A DNA stretch of 33,912 bases from Parachlamydiales bacterium (GTDB lineage: Bacteria; Chlamydiota; Chlamydiia; Chlamydiales; Parachlamydiaceae), in NCBI GenBank assembly GCA_020051075.1, contig JAGVJP010000106.1:1-33912 (forward strand), in the 5' to 3' direction. The notes under the pieces were generated by a model. That model was not told the DNA's origin, made no database searches, and was given only the letters and a program-made list of their open reading frames with translations. This document shows positions 17,249 to 29,682 of this stretch, piece by piece (positions within the stretch are counted from its first letter, which is position 1; each line of letters opens with the position of its first letter). Position numbers and translations under genes: made by a program.

Positions 17249-20200
17249 TTAAATCTCTTTTGATACAGGTTTGATGTGTCGAAATTGGATACTCCTCCAA
17301 ATAACATAGATTGCTGGGACTACGAGTAAAGTGAGAATGGTCAATGAAATGAGCCCCCCCCATAAGGGCGCTGCAATGCGTTTAGCAACGTCAGATCCAA
17401 CTCCTCCGCTCCATATGATGGGAAGCAATCCAAAGATGTTGAGAGCTACCGCCATGATTAAAGGCCTTACCCTAGAAGCTCCGTGCTCAACCGTCATGGT
17501 CAATAGATCTTCTTGGGAGTTTATTCGGCCCTCTTCTGTCCATTTTTTGAACCCCTCATCGAGATAAACAACCATTATTGCCGTTGTCTCCGCCGCAGTG
17601 CCAAGAAGAGCAATCACACCAACCCAAACTGCAACTGAGGTATTATAACTCACAGAGAACAGAAGCCAGATGGCTCCAATGGCGGCAAAAGGAACAGATA
17701 ACATGACAATCAGAGTTTGAGCAATGCCTCTAAAGTTAAGATAAAGAATGATAGCGATGATGATTAGAGTCAGAGGAACAACAATTTTCATTAAGGCTTG
17801 AATTCTCTCTAAGAATTCATATTGGCCTGTCCACTTAAGGTAGTACCCTGTAGGAAGTTTCAAGTTTTGTGCGACAGCTTTTTTGGCATCCTTCACGTAG
17901 CCACCAATATCTCGTCCTTCGATATCTACATAAACCCATCCCGCAAGAGACCCCATCTCGTCTTTAATCATCGGAGGTCCCATAACTGCTTCAATTTTAC
18001 CGAGTTGGCCGAGAGGAACATGTGCTACGCGTCCAGGGACTCCTTCTGGTTTCATGATGGGAACAAGGATTTTCTTTAATTTATCGATATCATCACGCAG
18101 TTCTCGAGGATATCGTATATTAATTTTGTATCTTTCACGGCCTTCGATAGTAGTATCCACGTCGAGCCCACCGATTGCTGTTTCTACAATTTCTTGTACG
18201 TCCATTACCCTTAATCCATAACGGGCAATCGCTGCACGATCTGGAGTAAAATCGATAAAGAAACCTCCCATTTCACGCTCAGCATAAACACTGCGTGTTC
18301 CTGGAACCATTTTGAGAATCTTTTCAAGTTCTTCTCCCAGAAAGGCAATTTCCACGAGATCTTTCCCAAAGATTTTAATCCCAATCGGCGTACGGATCCC
18401 CGTCGTCAACATGTCAATACGGGCTTTAATGGGCATTGTAAAGGCGTTTTGAACCCCTGCGAATTGAAGGGCCTGGTTCATTTCTTCGACTAGCTTGTCC
18501 TTTGTCATGCCTGATCGCCATTCAGACTTTGGCTTTAAAGTAATGACTGTTTCGATCATTGAAAGGGGAGCCGGGTCGGTCGGCGTCTCTGAACGGCCCG
18601 CTTTACCAAAAACTGATTGAACTTCAGGGAAGCTGCGTAAAATTTTGTCTTGTGTCTGCACCAATTGCTTGGCAGCCTCAATAGAAATCCCAGGTGTAGT
18701 GATCGGCATGAAGAGAATCGTCTCTTCATCCAAGGGGGGCATAAATTCGGAACCCAACTTGTTATAGATAGGAATAGTAGCAAGAATGAGAAGAAGGCAT
18801 CCTCCCGCTACAAAATAACGCCAGCGCACGCAAAACCTTAGGATGGGCTTGTAAGCAGCAATACAAATCCTTGTGACTGGATTTTTCATTTCGGGCTTTA
18901 TTTTCCCCCGAATAAACGTGACCATAAGGGCTGGGACTAGGGTGACTCCAAGAAGCGCTCCAAAAACTACGGAAAATGTTTTTGTGTAAGCCAAAGGAGA
19001 GAAAAGACGACCCTCTTGTTCTTGAAGAACAAACACGGGAAGAAATCCAATAACAATGACAAAAAGGGAAGCGAAAATGCTGGGGCCAATTTCTCTAGCT
19101 GCTTCGATCACTACATCAACACGAGGCCTCTTTTCTCCTTCCTGTTCTAATTTTTTATGGGCGTTCTCCGTCATAATTACTGCAGAATCGACAATATCTC
19201 CAATAGCGATGATGATCCCAGCTAGAGACATGATATTGGCGTTGATCCCCATGTAATACATCGGAATAAAAGAGATCATTATAGCGATGGGTAAAGTAAT
19301 AATAGAAACAAGGGTAGAACGAAAATGGAATAAGAAGATTAAAATAACTAGAGAAACAATGATGATCTCCTCAATCAGCGCCTCTGATAAAGTATCTATG
19401 GAGTGCCTGATGAGGGTTGAACGGTCGTAAGTCGTGACTACCTTTATTCCAGGAGGAAAAGAAGGTTCCATTTCTTTGAGCTTCTCTTTCACACGATCGA
19501 TCACTTTCGCTGTATCTTCTCCAACGCGCATGACGACGATTCCGCCGACAACCTCTCCTTCCCCATTAAGCTCTACAAATCCTCGGCGAATATTTCCTCC
19601 GATTTGCACGCGCCCTATATCTCGGATTAAGACCGGTGTGCCTTTCTGGTCAGTGCCAACAACAATCTGCTCAATCATGCCTTTATCAGTGATATACCCA
19701 CGCCCTCGAACAGCATATTCGTGTTCAGCGAGTTCAATGACACGACCACCTACATCCCCATTAGATCTGCGAACCGCTTCTTTGATATCGGAAATCGAAA
19801 GATCATAGGCTTGAAGTTTAGTAGGATCGATCTCTATCTGATATTCTTTTTGATAGCCTCCAACACTTGCAACCTCGGCAACTCCAGGCACGGAAGTCAA
19901 CCAGTAACGCAAATACCAATCTTGAAAAGTGCGCATGTCTTGTAGGGTGTATTTTCCGGATTCATCAATGAGCGCATATTCAAAAATCCAGCCAACTCCT
20001 GTGGCATCTGGGCCAAGCTGGGGAGTCACTCCTTCAGGTAGTTTTCCTTGTAACTTAGATAAATACTCCAGAGCTCGGCTTCGCGCCCAATAAAGATCGG
20101 TCCCGTCCTGAAAAATCACGGATACAAAGGACATACCAAACATGGTAAAGCCTCGAACCAATTTAACCTTCGGGGCACCAAGAAAAGTCGTGACAAGAGG

Positions 20201-20401
20201 ATAGGTAATCTGATCTTCAACCAGATTGGGACTGCGCCCCATCCACTCAGTAAAAATAATGACTTGGGTATCAGAAAGGTCAGGTAAAGCATCAATAGGT
20301 GTTTTGCTAATGGTCCAAACGGACCAGAGCAAAACAAAACCGGTCGCAATAAAGACGATAAGTCGGTTTTTTCCACAAATCTCTATGAGTTTGCCGATCA
20401 T
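17249..20401 (-). CDS. cusA: CusA/SilA-family RND heavy-metal efflux permease
   Basis: IDALPDLSD.QVII, GPDATGVGWI, GSEFMPPLDE, TDPAPLSM.ET, MPIKARIDML.TG (Met triad typical of CusA). Confidence 0.95.
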   Translation of the reverse strand: MIGKLIEICGKNRLIVFIATGFVLLWSVWTISKTPIDALPDLSDTQVIIFTEWMGRSPNLVEDQITYPLVTTFLGAPKVKLVRGFTMFGMSFVSVIFQDGTDLYWARSRALEYLSKLQGKLPEGVTPQLGPDATGVGWIFEYALIDESGKYTLQDMRTFQDWYLRYWLTSVPGVAEVASVGGYQKEYQIEIDPTKLQAYDLSISDIKEAVRRSNGDVGGRVIELAEHEYAVRGRGYITDKGMIEQIVVGTDQKGTPVLIRDIGRVQIGGNIRRGFVELNGEGEVVGGIVVMRVGEDTAKVIDRVKEKLKEMEPSFPPGIKVVTTYDRSTLIRHSIDTLSEALIEEIIIVSLVILIFLFHFRSTLVSIITLPIAIMISFIPMYYMGINANIMSLAGIIIAIGDIVDSAVIMTENAHKKLEQEGEKRPRVDVVIEAAREIGPSIFASLFVIVIGFLPVFVLQEQEGRLFSPLAYTKTFSVVFGALLGVTLVPALMVTFIRGKIKPEMKNPVTRICIAAYKPILRFCVRWRYFVAGGCLLLILATIPIYNKLGSEFMPPLDEETILFMPITTPGISIEAAKQLVQTQDKILRSFPEVQSVFGKAGRSETPTDPAPLSMIETVITLKPKSEWRSGMTKDKLVEEMNQALQFAGVQNAFTMPIKARIDMLTTGIRTPIGIKIFGKDLVEIAFLGEELEKILKMVPGTRSVYAEREMGGFFIDFTPDRAAIARYGLRVMDVQEIVETAIGGLDVDTTIEGRERYKINIRYPRELRDDIDKLKKILVPIMKPEGVPGRVAHVPLGQLGKIEAVMGPPMIKDEMGSLAGWVYVDIEGRDIGGYVKDAKKAVAQNLKLPTGYYLKWTGQYEFLERIQALMKIVVPLTLIIIAIILYLNFRGIAQTLIVMLSVPFAAIGAIWLLFSVSYNTSVAVWVGVIALLGTAAETTAIMVVYLDEGFKKWTEEGRINSQEDLLTMTVEHGASRVRPLIMAVALNIFGLLPIIWSGGVGSDVAKRIAAPLWGGLISLTILTLLVVPAIYVIWRSIQFRHIKPVSKEI

Positions 20402-21531
20402 GGTTTTTTCTTTTGCCCCATTTCCATGCCTTGCATGCCACCACCCGCCGCTTTAAGCCGACTTTCAGAATCGATGAGAAATTGCGCGCTGGTGGCCACT
20501 TCCTCATTAGTCTCTAGTCCGCTAATGACCTGATAATAGGAACCTGCCTTAAATCCCAATTGAACTTCTCTAGGTTCAAAACGTCCTTTGCCAGGCGATA
20601 CAAAGACGATTTTTCTCTGTCCGGTATCAATAACAGCCGATTCTGGAACGGCTAGCGCTTTGCCCATTTTGATTTGAATTTCCACAGTTGCATACATGCC
20701 AGGCCTGAGCTGTTCATTGGGATTATCAAAATCAAAGCGAACTTTCATCGTGCGTGTGCTTGGCTCAACGATATAGCTAATAAATGCCACAGAACCAGTC
20801 AGAGATTTTCCAGGGAAGGAGGTAAGAACAAGGGTGGCTTTTTGTCCCATCTTTATCCATGAAATATCCTGTTCATAGATATCAGCCATCACCCAAACAT
20901 GGGACAGATCCGCAATGGTGAAGATGTTCATTCCAGGCTCAACGTTCATGCCGACAAAAGCGTTTTTATTTAAGACGATCCCTTCGACAGGGGAATCGAT
21001 TGTTAAGGTTTTTGAAGGTATGCGAGTCTCTGTCAGACGCTGTATTTCCTGCTCGGGGACATCCCATAATTCTAAACGCTGCCTTGCAGCCTCTAGAAGA
21101 TCTTCATTTGATTGCGTCAGTTCCTCGCCAAACATGCCCTGTACTGGACGCTCTCCTCCCTTAAGAGCTAGTAAATACTCTTCTTGAGCTGTCAATAAAT
21201 CGGGGCTATAGACGGAAAATAAAGGCTCACCATAGCTCACTGGCGTTCCTGTAAAGTTGACAAAGAGTTTTTCTATCCACCCCTTAAATTTGGTTTGTAT
21301 ATTGGCAATTCTTCTTTCATCGACTTCGACAAGGCCAACAGTGCGTATTGTTTTAGACAAATCGCGAATTTGTAGTTTCTCCGTCGTAATTCCAAACAAC
21401 TGCAATTTTTCTGGATCGATTTGAACTTCTGCATATCCCGGAATAGGCTTTTTGTTTTGCGACATACTTTCCATCGAAGCATCCGCGATCTGAGGAGCTA
21501 AACTTAAAAGAAAAATCGTTGCTAAAATCAT
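20398..21531 (-). CDS. cusB: CusB-family periplasmic adaptor
   Basis: GWIEKL.V..TG, YSPDL..AQEEYL, IADLS.VWV.A, LRPGMYA, FLIDSES.L; ATGA-coupled to cusA. Confidence 0.92.
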   Translation of the reverse strand: MILATIFLLSLAPQIADASMESMSQNKKPIPGYAEVQIDPEKLQLFGITTEKLQIRDLSKTIRTVGLVEVDERRIANIQTKFKGWIEKLFVNFTGTPVSYGEPLFSVYSPDLLTAQEEYLLALKGGERPVQGMFGEELTQSNEDLLEAARQRLELWDVPEQEIQRLTETRIPSKTLTIDSPVEGIVLNKNAFVGMNVEPGMNIFTIADLSHVWVMADIYEQDISWIKMGQKATLVLTSFPGKSLTGSVAFISYIVEPSTRTMKVRFDFDNPNEQLRPGMYATVEIQIKMGKALAVPESAVIDTGQRKIVFVSPGKGRFEPREVQLGFKAGSYYQVISGLETNEEVATSAQFLIDSESRLKAAGGGMQGMEMGQKKKP

Positions 21532-22814
21532 TGAATTTCCTCCAACGGTACTCCAACGGCACGTTCTAATTCCGCTATTAGGGACTCCCTTTCAGCTCTT
21601 ACTCGCTCATATTCCAATGAGATATCTTGATATTGCCTACGCGTATCGAGAAGAAACAAAAAACCTCCCTTCCCTGCGCGATAGCTCGCTTCAGATGCTT
21701 TGAGAGCTTCTTGGATTTTTGGGAGTAGCCCTGTTTCGTATAAAAGAAGTCGTTCTTCGTTTGCTTTAAGTTTCCCGAGGGTCTCTTGAATTTGTCCGCG
21801 AACAAGCGCTTCCATTCCTTTAAGGGCATTCCTATTAGCAGATGCTCTGGCTTGCGCTTCGCGAACTTGCCGCTTTTGTCTTTGGCCAACCCAAAGAGGA
21901 ATTTTAAAACTGACGCTCGCTTCCCAAGCATTGTCTCGAGGATTATGCGTAATCTGTTCGTATCCCGCAGAGATAGTAACATCTGGGAAATATTCTCTTT
22001 TTGCCAGCCTTGCCATCATTTGCTGCTCTTCAACCATGGCTTGTATCTCTTTTAATTCTGGTCTTTTTTGCATCGCTAATCTTTCCAGTTTGTCATAGGA
22101 GAAATTCGCTGATGATCTGAAATCTTTTACGGGATCCCCCAAGGGATCCTTTTGAGGCCGGTCAAGAATCGCATTAAGCATCGAAACAATAAAAATCCGG
22201 TCTGCTTGGATCGCTAATAGCTGCTCATCTAAAACTTGAAGTTCGACTTGGGCTTTAGCAACTTCTTCATAGCCAGCAACACCCGATTTATATAAGGCTA
22301 AACTCGCATCAATAAGATTTTTAACCAGATCGCGATTGCTTTGGTTAATTTGAGAAGAGGCATGATTGAAAAAAAGTTGAAAATAGAGCTTTTTTGTTTG
22401 TAAAACTAGATCGCGCTTGGTGATGACTTCCTGACTCTGAAATTGTTTAAGAACTTCAGCTGCTACTTTCCCTTTTAATCCAAGCTTCCCTGGGAAAGGA
22501 AATGTTTGGGAGATTTGATATTGGAGCATGGGAATGAATTCACTGTTAGATTTAAAGTTGTTGTAATCGCTCAAAAACTTGAATTCTGGATCATCGATGA
22601 CCTGTACTCGAGGAACAACTTCAGCTGCCGCTCGAATGCGTTCCTTAGCCGCTTCTAAATTCGGATTACGTTTCAAAACTTCCTCAATCAATGTTTCTAA
22701 TTGCAAAGAAGATCGGTTCAAAGGATCCTCCTCAGAAAAAAGCTGACCTGCATTAAATGCAATAAAGGCAAAAACAAATAAATAAACTATTCTTTTTTTA
22801 TCTAAAATAAGCAT
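21528..22814 (-). CDS. TolC/CusC-family outer membrane channel
   Basis: NP.L.AA, SQ.FPFPGKL.LKG, A.REYFPD, IPLW, LERAVG; lies directly upstream of cusB. Confidence 0.9.
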   Translation of the reverse strand: MLILDKKRIVYLFVFAFIAFNAGQLFSEEDPLNRSSLQLETLIEEVLKRNPNLEAAKERIRAAAEVVPRVQVIDDPEFKFLSDYNNFKSNSEFIPMLQYQISQTFPFPGKLGLKGKVAAEVLKQFQSQEVITKRDLVLQTKKLYFQLFFNHASSQINQSNRDLVKNLIDASLALYKSGVAGYEEVAKAQVELQVLDEQLLAIQADRIFIVSMLNAILDRPQKDPLGDPVKDFRSSANFSYDKLERLAMQKRPELKEIQAMVEEQQMMARLAKREYFPDVTISAGYEQITHNPRDNAWEASVSFKIPLWVGQRQKRQVREAQARASANRNALKGMEALVRGQIQETLGKLKANEERLLLYETGLLPKIQEALKASEASYRAGKGGFLFLLDTRRQYQDISLEYERVRAERESLIAELERAVGVPLEEIQ

Positions 22815-24492
22815 TTAACACATATTGTTGTAACATTCTTTGACTATTGAAAAAGGAACCATTCAACGCTATGCAATGTTGCATGACAGAAATAAACTTT
22901 TCTCTTTCTTTATAAAACATCGGAACAATCACTTTCTCAAGCTTTTCATAAAGCCAAAAAGCATCCTCATGCGAGTCATTTTTCGATTCATGTTTTGGTT
23001 TATCGTCTGCGATTGACCAACCGGTAATTCCTTCAATACACCCTTCTATCCACCACCCATCTAAAATACTTAAGGATGGCACTCCATTTAGAGCCGCTTT
23101 CATCCCACTTGTTCCTGAAGCTTCCATAGGAGTTTGTGGAGTGTTTAACCAAAGATCAACTCCACTAGTGATCAGTTTTGCAAGCTCTAAATCGTAATTT
23201 TCGAGATAAACGATATGAATCTCACTCTTAAGTGACTCTTTAGCGCGATAGATCCGTTGAATCAGTTCTTTTCCTTCTCGATCCTGTGGATGAGCTTTAC
23301 CTGCATAAATAACTTGAATAGCCCCTTTTTCTTTAACGATAGACTTGAGTCTTTCCAAATCTTGAAAAAGAAGATCTCCTCGTTTGTAAGCTGCGGATCT
23401 CCTTGCAAAACCAATGGTAAATACGTCTTGATCCATTCCAATATTAGTTTGCCGGTTCACATGTTGGATCAGTTGCTTTTTCGCCTGCATATGAGCTTCC
23501 CAAATTTCATTTTTGGGAATATTTAGGGCATAACGCAGGCTAAAATTATCTTCCTTCCAAGAGGGAATATAATGATCGTATAGCAGTTGAAAGGGGGTAG
23601 ATGTCCATCTGGTGACACTGACCCCGTTTGTAATCGAATCGATTGAATAATGCCCAAACATGAGATTTGAAATTTCTCCATGTTTTTTTGCGACTCCGTT
23701 CACATAGTGGCTCAAGTTTAAAGCGAGGTAGGTTAAGTTTAAAACTCCCTCACAGCAAAAGATATCTTTCCTATTGAATACTTCTCTGTTACCCAGCACT
23801 TGAATAATGAGATCCATAGGGAATTTATCATGCCCAGCAATGACAGGAGTATGGGTAGTGAACACACACTGCTGCTTCACATTTTCTATATCCTCTTCTG
23901 TAACTACTTGCCTTCCAGCACCTACGCGTGATTCTTCAAGAAGTTCCAAGGTTAAAAGACTTGCATGACCTTCGTTCATATGAAAACGATCTATGTGCTG
24001 ATACCCTAATGCTTTAAGCATTCTTACACCGCCTATCCCCAAGACCACTTCTTGACATAGACGATAATATTGATCTCCTCCATAAAGATAATCACTTAGA
24101 GCCCTGTCACTCTCATCATTTTCAGGAAGATTAGTATCTAAGAAGAAGATTGGAATGCCAAAATTAGTCGGAGATTTAATTTCAAATTTCCACGCCCTTA
24201 TATGAACGATGCGATTGTCAATATCCACCTTGATACGCTCTGGCAATTCTTGCAGAAAATCTTCGACGACCCATTCAACGGGTTCTTCCACTTGCCATCC
24301 GTTTGAATCTAATTTTTGATAACAGTATCCTTTTCGATAGAGCAAGGTGACAGCAACCATTGGAACTTTAAGGTTTAGGGCTGCAAAGATAGTATCTCCT
24401 GCTAATACTCCTAGGCCCCCGCTATAAGTGGGGATGTTTTCTGCTATAGCAATCTCCATTGAGAAATAAGCGATTTTTGCTTGGTTGTTCAT
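22798..24492 (-). CDS. glgP: Alpha-glucan (glycogen) phosphorylase, short form
   Basis: [38 protein letters not shown] and the PLP site EASGTSGMK. Confidence 0.95.
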   Translation of the reverse strand: MNNQAKIAYFSMEIAIAENIPTYSGGLGVLAGDTIFAALNLKVPMVAVTLLYRKGYCYQKLDSNGWQVEEPVEWVVEDFLQELPERIKVDIDNRIVHIRAWKFEIKSPTNFGIPIFFLDTNLPENDESDRALSDYLYGGDQYYRLCQEVVLGIGGVRMLKALGYQHIDRFHMNEGHASLLTLELLEESRVGAGRQVVTEEDIENVKQQCVFTTHTPVIAGHDKFPMDLIIQVLGNREVFNRKDIFCCEGVLNLTYLALNLSHYVNGVAKKHGEISNLMFGHYSIDSITNGVSVTRWTSTPFQLLYDHYIPSWKEDNFSLRYALNIPKNEIWEAHMQAKKQLIQHVNRQTNIGMDQDVFTIGFARRSAAYKRGDLLFQDLERLKSIVKEKGAIQVIYAGKAHPQDREGKELIQRIYRAKESLKSEIHIVYLENYDLELAKLITSGVDLWLNTPQTPMEASGTSGMKAALNGVPSLSILDGWWIEGCIEGITGWSIADDKPKHESKNDSHEDAFWLYEKLEKVIVPMFYKEREKFISVMQHCIALNGSFFNSQRMLQQYVLNAYFR

Positions 24493-27182
24493 GCTTGCCT
24501 TTTCTGAAATATTCGATTAATCACATATCCACCCATCCCTACACCGAAAGCCACAATGGCAATAACGCCCCATTCTTTTAACCCTAATCCAACTGTTCCG
24601 AAGATTTTTTGTAAGGGAGGGAGATAAATGACGAGCAGCTGAACAAATAGCGAACTTGCTAGAGCTCCAATAATCCATCGATTAGAAAAAAATCCGATGT
24701 GGTATTGAGAGCGCACCATCTGAACTCGAACAAGCTCTAATACGACCAGAGTCGTAAAAGCCATTGTTTGTCCTAAAGCTGCACTGGTACGCAATCCAAA
24801 ATGGCAAGCGACAAGCGTACCTACAGCAATGGTACTACTGATTAACACCAGCTGTAGGGAAAACCGAAATGACAAAATGGGTTCGCTTGACTTTCTGGGT
24901 AGCCTTTCCATCGCTTTTGGATCAACGGGGTCCATCCCTAAAGCAATGGCTGGAAAGCCATCTGTCACAAGATTTAAGAACAACAATTGAACGGCAGATA
25001 AAGAAACGAAAGGATTTCCAGCTGGGTCTTTAAACCCAATGGCCATTCCTGCAAAAATGACCATAAGTTCAGCGATATTCGAGGAAAGCAGATAATTAAC
25101 GAATTTAATGATATTATCATAAATGCCCCTTCCTTCTTCCACCGCATTGACAATAGAAGCAAAATTGTCATCAGTGATAATCATATCGGCGGCTTCTTTA
25201 GTGACATCTGTTCCCTTGATTCCCATGGCTATCCCAATGTTCGCCTCTTTAATCGCAGGAGCATCATTGACGCCATCACCTGTCACTGCGACAATCTCCC
25301 CTAAATTTCGCCACATCCTCACAATACGTAATTTATGTTCTGCTGAGACGCGAGCATAAATACTAATAGTTCGGAGGGCTTTTTTAAGTTCCTCATCGCT
25401 CATTTGTTGAAGCTCTATTCCAGTAATTGCAAGCTTTCCTTCCGTCATTAACCCCAATTCTCTTGCTATAGCCTCCGCTGTATCTTTATGGTCGCCTGTG
25501 ATCATCACTGGAAGGATGCCTGCTTTCATGCAAGTTTGAACCGCTTGCTTAACTTCGGTTCTCGGAGGATCCATCATGGCTACAAGGCCAACAAAAGTGA
25601 GATTATTTTCCATGGATTCATCTATGTTCTGGCCAGACTCTATGTCCCTATAAGCCATAGCTAAAACTCTCAAGGCCCCAGCTGCAAAATCATGGTTGGC
25701 ATTAAGAATTTCTTGTTTGAGAAGAGGCGTAAGAGGTGTCTGCCTATTCTCAAGAAGAACTGTTTGACAACGGTTTAGAATTAAATCAGGTGCTCCCTTA
25801 ACAAAAAGAACATTTCCAGTAGAGGTCTGCCTAAGAACACTCATCCGTTTGCGCTCTGAATCAAAAGGAATTTCCCCAAGAAGAAGATTCACAGTCTCAA
25901 GTTCTTTCTTTTTTATTCCTCCTTTTTCTGCGGCAACGATCAAAGCACCTTCTGTAGGATCTCCGGTAATTTGCCAGCCTTGTTCCGTATGTGTGAGATT
26001 GGCGCTATTACACAATATTCCCGTCTCAAGAAGACGCTTTAATTCAGGGAAGTCTGTAAGAGAAATGATTTGCGATTTTAATGCGAAATCTCCTATAGGC
26101 GTATACCCCACACCAGACACATCAATCTGTGCTTGATTGGCCCATATCTTCCTCACACTCATCTCATTCTTCGTTAGAGTCCCTGTCTTGTCAGTACAGA
26201 TCACAGAGGCACATCCTAGTGTTTCAACTGAGGGAAGATGGCGAATAAGAGCTTTACGCTTTGCCATTTTCCGAACACCAATAGCAAGCGCGATGGTTAC
26301 AATAGCAGGTAGTCCTTCAGGCACAGCAGCAACTGCAAGGCTTGTTGCTATTAAAAGGATGTTAAGAAAAGAATTTCCTTGTAAAATTCCAAGGATAAAA
26401 ACAATCGCAACAATTCCAAGGCAAAGAAAAACCAACCGACGTCCTAATCCGGCTAAGCGAATTTGCAAAGGAGTTTGTTCTTCTTTGTGCTCACTTAACA
26501 GGGAAGCGATCTTTCCAAGTTCTGTATTTAATCCTGTCGTTGTCACTATCATATGTCCTTTACCGCTAAGGACAACTGTTCCCATAAAGGCCATGTTTTT
26601 TCGATCGCCAATGGGTAATTCGCTCTTCGCAAGCGGATCAATCATTTTATGAATAGGCAAAGATTCCCCTGTAAGAGACGCTTCTTGAGTGGAGAGCTGA
26701 ACAGATTGAATGACTCTACCATCTGCTGGAATCAGATCGCCCGCTTCTAATAAGATAAGATCACCGGGGACAATTTCTCTTGAGAGAACTGTCTGTAGAA
26801 CTCCATCGCGGATCACTTTACACGTTGGAGTTGCTAGCTTTTTTAGTGCTGCAAGAGACCGTTCTGCATTGATTTCTTGGATGAATCCTATGATTGCATT
26901 CAGAATAACAATCACAAGAATCGCTATTGCATCTATCCATTCACCAAGAATCCCAGCAATGACAGCTGCGGCAATTAAGACCCATACGATGAAACTGGAA
27001 AATTGATTTAGAAAAAGTTTAAATGGGGAAGGGGGTTTGGGTTCTGGTAACTCATTGAAACCATAACTTTCTAATCGTATCTTTATAGCAGCAGGGGACA
27101 ATCCTTGTTTTGGATCGGTATCTAGTTCCTTGTAGGTTTGTTCTGTGGAAAAACTCCACCACGGCTTCTTCTCTGCTGGCAT
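24489..27182 (-). CDS. P2A-type cation (Ca2+-like) transporting ATPase
   Basis: [57 protein letters not shown]. Confidence 0.95.
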   Translation of the reverse strand: MPAEKKPWWSFSTEQTYKELDTDPKQGLSPAAIKIRLESYGFNELPEPKPPSPFKLFLNQFSSFIVWVLIAAAVIAGILGEWIDAIAILVIVILNAIIGFIQEINAERSLAALKKLATPTCKVIRDGVLQTVLSREIVPGDLILLEAGDLIPADGRVIQSVQLSTQEASLTGESLPIHKMIDPLAKSELPIGDRKNMAFMGTVVLSGKGHMIVTTTGLNTELGKIASLLSEHKEEQTPLQIRLAGLGRRLVFLCLGIVAIVFILGILQGNSFLNILLIATSLAVAAVPEGLPAIVTIALAIGVRKMAKRKALIRHLPSVETLGCASVICTDKTGTLTKNEMSVRKIWANQAQIDVSGVGYTPIGDFALKSQIISLTDFPELKRLLETGILCNSANLTHTEQGWQITGDPTEGALIVAAEKGGIKKKELETVNLLLGEIPFDSERKRMSVLRQTSTGNVLFVKGAPDLILNRCQTVLLENRQTPLTPLLKQEILNANHDFAAGALRVLAMAYRDIESGQNIDESMENNLTFVGLVAMMDPPRTEVKQAVQTCMKAGILPVMITGDHKDTAEAIARELGLMTEGKLAITGIELQQMSDEELKKALRTISIYARVSAEHKLRIVRMWRNLGEIVAVTGDGVNDAPAIKEANIGIAMGIKGTDVTKEAADMIITDDNFASIVNAVEEGRGIYDNIIKFVNYLLSSNIAELMVIFAGMAIGFKDPAGNPFVSLSAVQLLFLNLVTDGFPAIALGMDPVDPKAMERLPRKSSEPILSFRFSLQLVLISSTIAVGTLVACHFGLRTSAALGQTMAFTTLVVLELVRVQMVRSQYHIGFFSNRWIIGALASSLFVQLLVIYLPPLQKIFGTVGLGLKEWGVIAIVAFGVGMGGYVINRIFQKRQA

Positions 27183-27294
27183 TTATTACCCATAACCCTG
27201 CTATCCTATAGAGGCTCCCTTTCCGCAAAATATCTTTATATTTATTTTTTTTCCATTATATTCACTTATTTATTGATAAAAGGAAAAAATACAC

Positions 27295-29682
27295 ATGCCA
27301 AGAGAATTTCAAGATCCTTATGCTGAGGATCCTTTAACCAAGATGGAGCTAAATAAACTTAATGCTTACTGGCGAGCAGCTAATTATCTTTCTGTGGGTC
27401 AAATATACCTGCTAAACAATCCTCTACTCAGAGAACCCCTAAAACTTGAACACATCAAACCTCGGTTGTTAGGGCATTGGGGGACAACACCAGGCGTAAA
27501 TTTTATTTACGCTCACATGAATCGGGTCATCAAAAATTTTGATCTTAACGTTCTCTTTATGTTAGGGCCTGGGCATGGAGCGCCTGGACTCATTGCTAAC
27601 ACGTATCTTGAAGGAACATATAGTGAATTCTACCCTCATATCACTCAAGATATCAAAGGCATGCAACGATTATTTAAACAGTTTTCCTTTCCAGGAGGTA
27701 TCCCTAGCCATGCTGCGCCAGAAACACCTGGGTCCATTCATGAAGGAGGGGAGTTGGGCTATGTGATCAGTCACTCCTACGGGGCTGTTCTAGATAACCC
27801 AAATCTTATCACTTGTTGTGTTGTAGGAGATGGAGAAGCAGAAACCGGCCCTCTTGCATGTAGTTGGCACTCTAATAAATTTTTAAATCCTGTCAATGAT
27901 GGAGCTGTGCTGCCTATCTTGCATTTAAATGGGTACAAAATAGCTAATCCCACATACCTTTCGCGAATCAGTCGCCAGGAATTGAATAATCTCTTTGTCG
28001 GATACGGATATAAACCCTATTTTGTAGAAGGATCGGAACCTGAGACAATGCATCAGTTGATGGCTAAAACGCTTGATATAGTCATCAATGAAATCCTAGA
28101 AATCCAAAAAAAGGCCCGTCAAAAAGAGGGTTCTGAACGTCCAGAGTGGCCAATGATTATCCTAAGAACCCCAAAAGGATGGACAGGACCTAAAGAAGTG
28201 GACGGGGAAAAAACAGAAAATAGTTGGCGATCCCACCAAGTCCCTTTAGGGGATTTTAAAACTAAACCCCAACACTTACAACTCCTTGAAATATGGCTAA
28301 AGAGCTATCGACCTGAAGAATTATTTGATGAAAATGGAAAATTGAAGTCTGAACTTCAAGATATGGCGCCGAAGGGAAATAGGCGCATGGGTGCAAATCC
28401 TCATGCAAATGGAGGAGCACTGCTTCAAGAATTAAAATGCCCTGATCTACGAGATTATGCTGCTAAAATTGAATCTCCTGGAAAAGTGGTTGCCGAATCG
28501 GCGAGAATTCTTGGTGGATATCTAAGAGATGTCATGAAGCTCAATCTGGAAAGCAAAAATTTTCGAGTTTTTGGACCCGATGAGACAGCTTCAAATCGAC
28601 TAGGCGCTTTATTTGAAGTCACAAATCGAACTTTTAACGCCACAATCCTCCCTTCAGATGATCATCTTTCCCCTGATGGACGTGTCATGGAAGTACTCAG
28701 CGAACATCTTTGTCAAGGGTGGCTAGAAGGGTATCTTTTGACAGGTAGGCATGGTTTTTTCTCTTGTTATGAAGCCTTTATTCATATTATCGATTCGATG
28801 TTTAATCAACATGCAAAGTGGCTCAAAGTATCGCGGCAGATTAGCTGGAGAAAACCGATTGCCTCCCTTAATTATTTCCTAACTTCTCATGTCTGGAGGC
28901 AAGACCATAATGGCTTTTCTCACCAGGATCCTGGCTTTATTGACATTGTTGTAAACAAAAAAGCTGAAGTCATTCGAGTTTATTACCCACCCGATGCCAA
29001 CACATTGTTATCCGTAGCAGATCACTGTCTTAAATCACGCAATTATGTGAATGTGATCATCGCAGGCAAACAGCCTGCTTTGCAATACCTGAACATGGAG
29101 GAAGCGGTCAACCACTGCACAAAAGGGATAGGGATTTGGGATTGGGCGAGCAACGATAAAGGACAAGCTCCTGATGTCGTCATGGCCTGTGCAGGGGATA
29201 TTCCCACATTAGAGACACTTGCAGCGGTGGATATTTTAAGGAATATGCTTCCATCACTTAAAATCCGCGTTGTCAATGTTGTTGATCTCATGGTACTACA
29301 ACCTAAAAACGAACACCCTCATGGGCTTTCAGATGCAGAATTTGATGCTTTCTTCACAACGGATAAACCCATTATTTTCGCACATCATGGCTATCCCTGG
29401 ATCATTCATCGACTTACCTATCGTCGCACAAACCATAAAAATCTTCATGTCCGAGGATATAAAGAAGAGGGAACGACGACGACCCCCTTTGACATGGCAG
29501 TACTAAATGACCTAGATCGGTTTAATCTTGCAAAAGATACTATCGATCGCATCCCCATAGCTTCCGAAATAAAAGCCAACATTAAAGATGCTCTAAATAA
29601 AAAACTTGCCTACCACAAAGAATATATTCGAGAATACGGAGAAGATATTCCCGAGGTGATCAACTGGAAATGGCCATATTGA
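27295..29682 (+). CDS. xfp: Xylulose-5-phosphate/fructose-6-phosphate phosphoketolase
   Basis: [58 protein letters not shown]. Confidence 0.96.
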   Translation: MPREFQDPYAEDPLTKMELNKLNAYWRAANYLSVGQIYLLNNPLLREPLKLEHIKPRLLGHWGTTPGVNFIYAHMNRVIKNFDLNVLFMLGPGHGAPGLIANTYLEGTYSEFYPHITQDIKGMQRLFKQFSFPGGIPSHAAPETPGSIHEGGELGYVISHSYGAVLDNPNLITCCVVGDGEAETGPLACSWHSNKFLNPVNDGAVLPILHLNGYKIANPTYLSRISRQELNNLFVGYGYKPYFVEGSEPETMHQLMAKTLDIVINEILEIQKKARQKEGSERPEWPMIILRTPKGWTGPKEVDGEKTENSWRSHQVPLGDFKTKPQHLQLLEIWLKSYRPEELFDENGKLKSELQDMAPKGNRRMGANPHANGGALLQELKCPDLRDYAAKIESPGKVVAESARILGGYLRDVMKLNLESKNFRVFGPDETASNRLGALFEVTNRTFNATILPSDDHLSPDGRVMEVLSEHLCQGWLEGYLLTGRHGFFSCYEAFIHIIDSMFNQHAKWLKVSRQISWRKPIASLNYFLTSHVWRQDHNGFSHQDPGFIDIVVNKKAEVIRVYYPPDANTLLSVADHCLKSRNYVNVIIAGKQPALQYLNMEEAVNHCTKGIGIWDWASNDKGQAPDVVMACAGDIPTLETLAAVDILRNMLPSLKIRVVNVVDLMVLQPKNEHPHGLSDAEFDAFFTTDKPIIFAHHGYPWIIHRLTYRRTNHKNLHVRGYKEEGTTTTPFDMAVLNDLDRFNLAKDTIDRIPIASEIKANIKDALNKKLAYHKEYIREYGEDIPEVINWKWPY

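Noticed and set aside
27183..27294. FNR/CRP-type box in the divergent ATPase/xfp promoter region
   Set aside because: Only a TTGAT half-site is present; there is no matching ATCAA at the required spacing.
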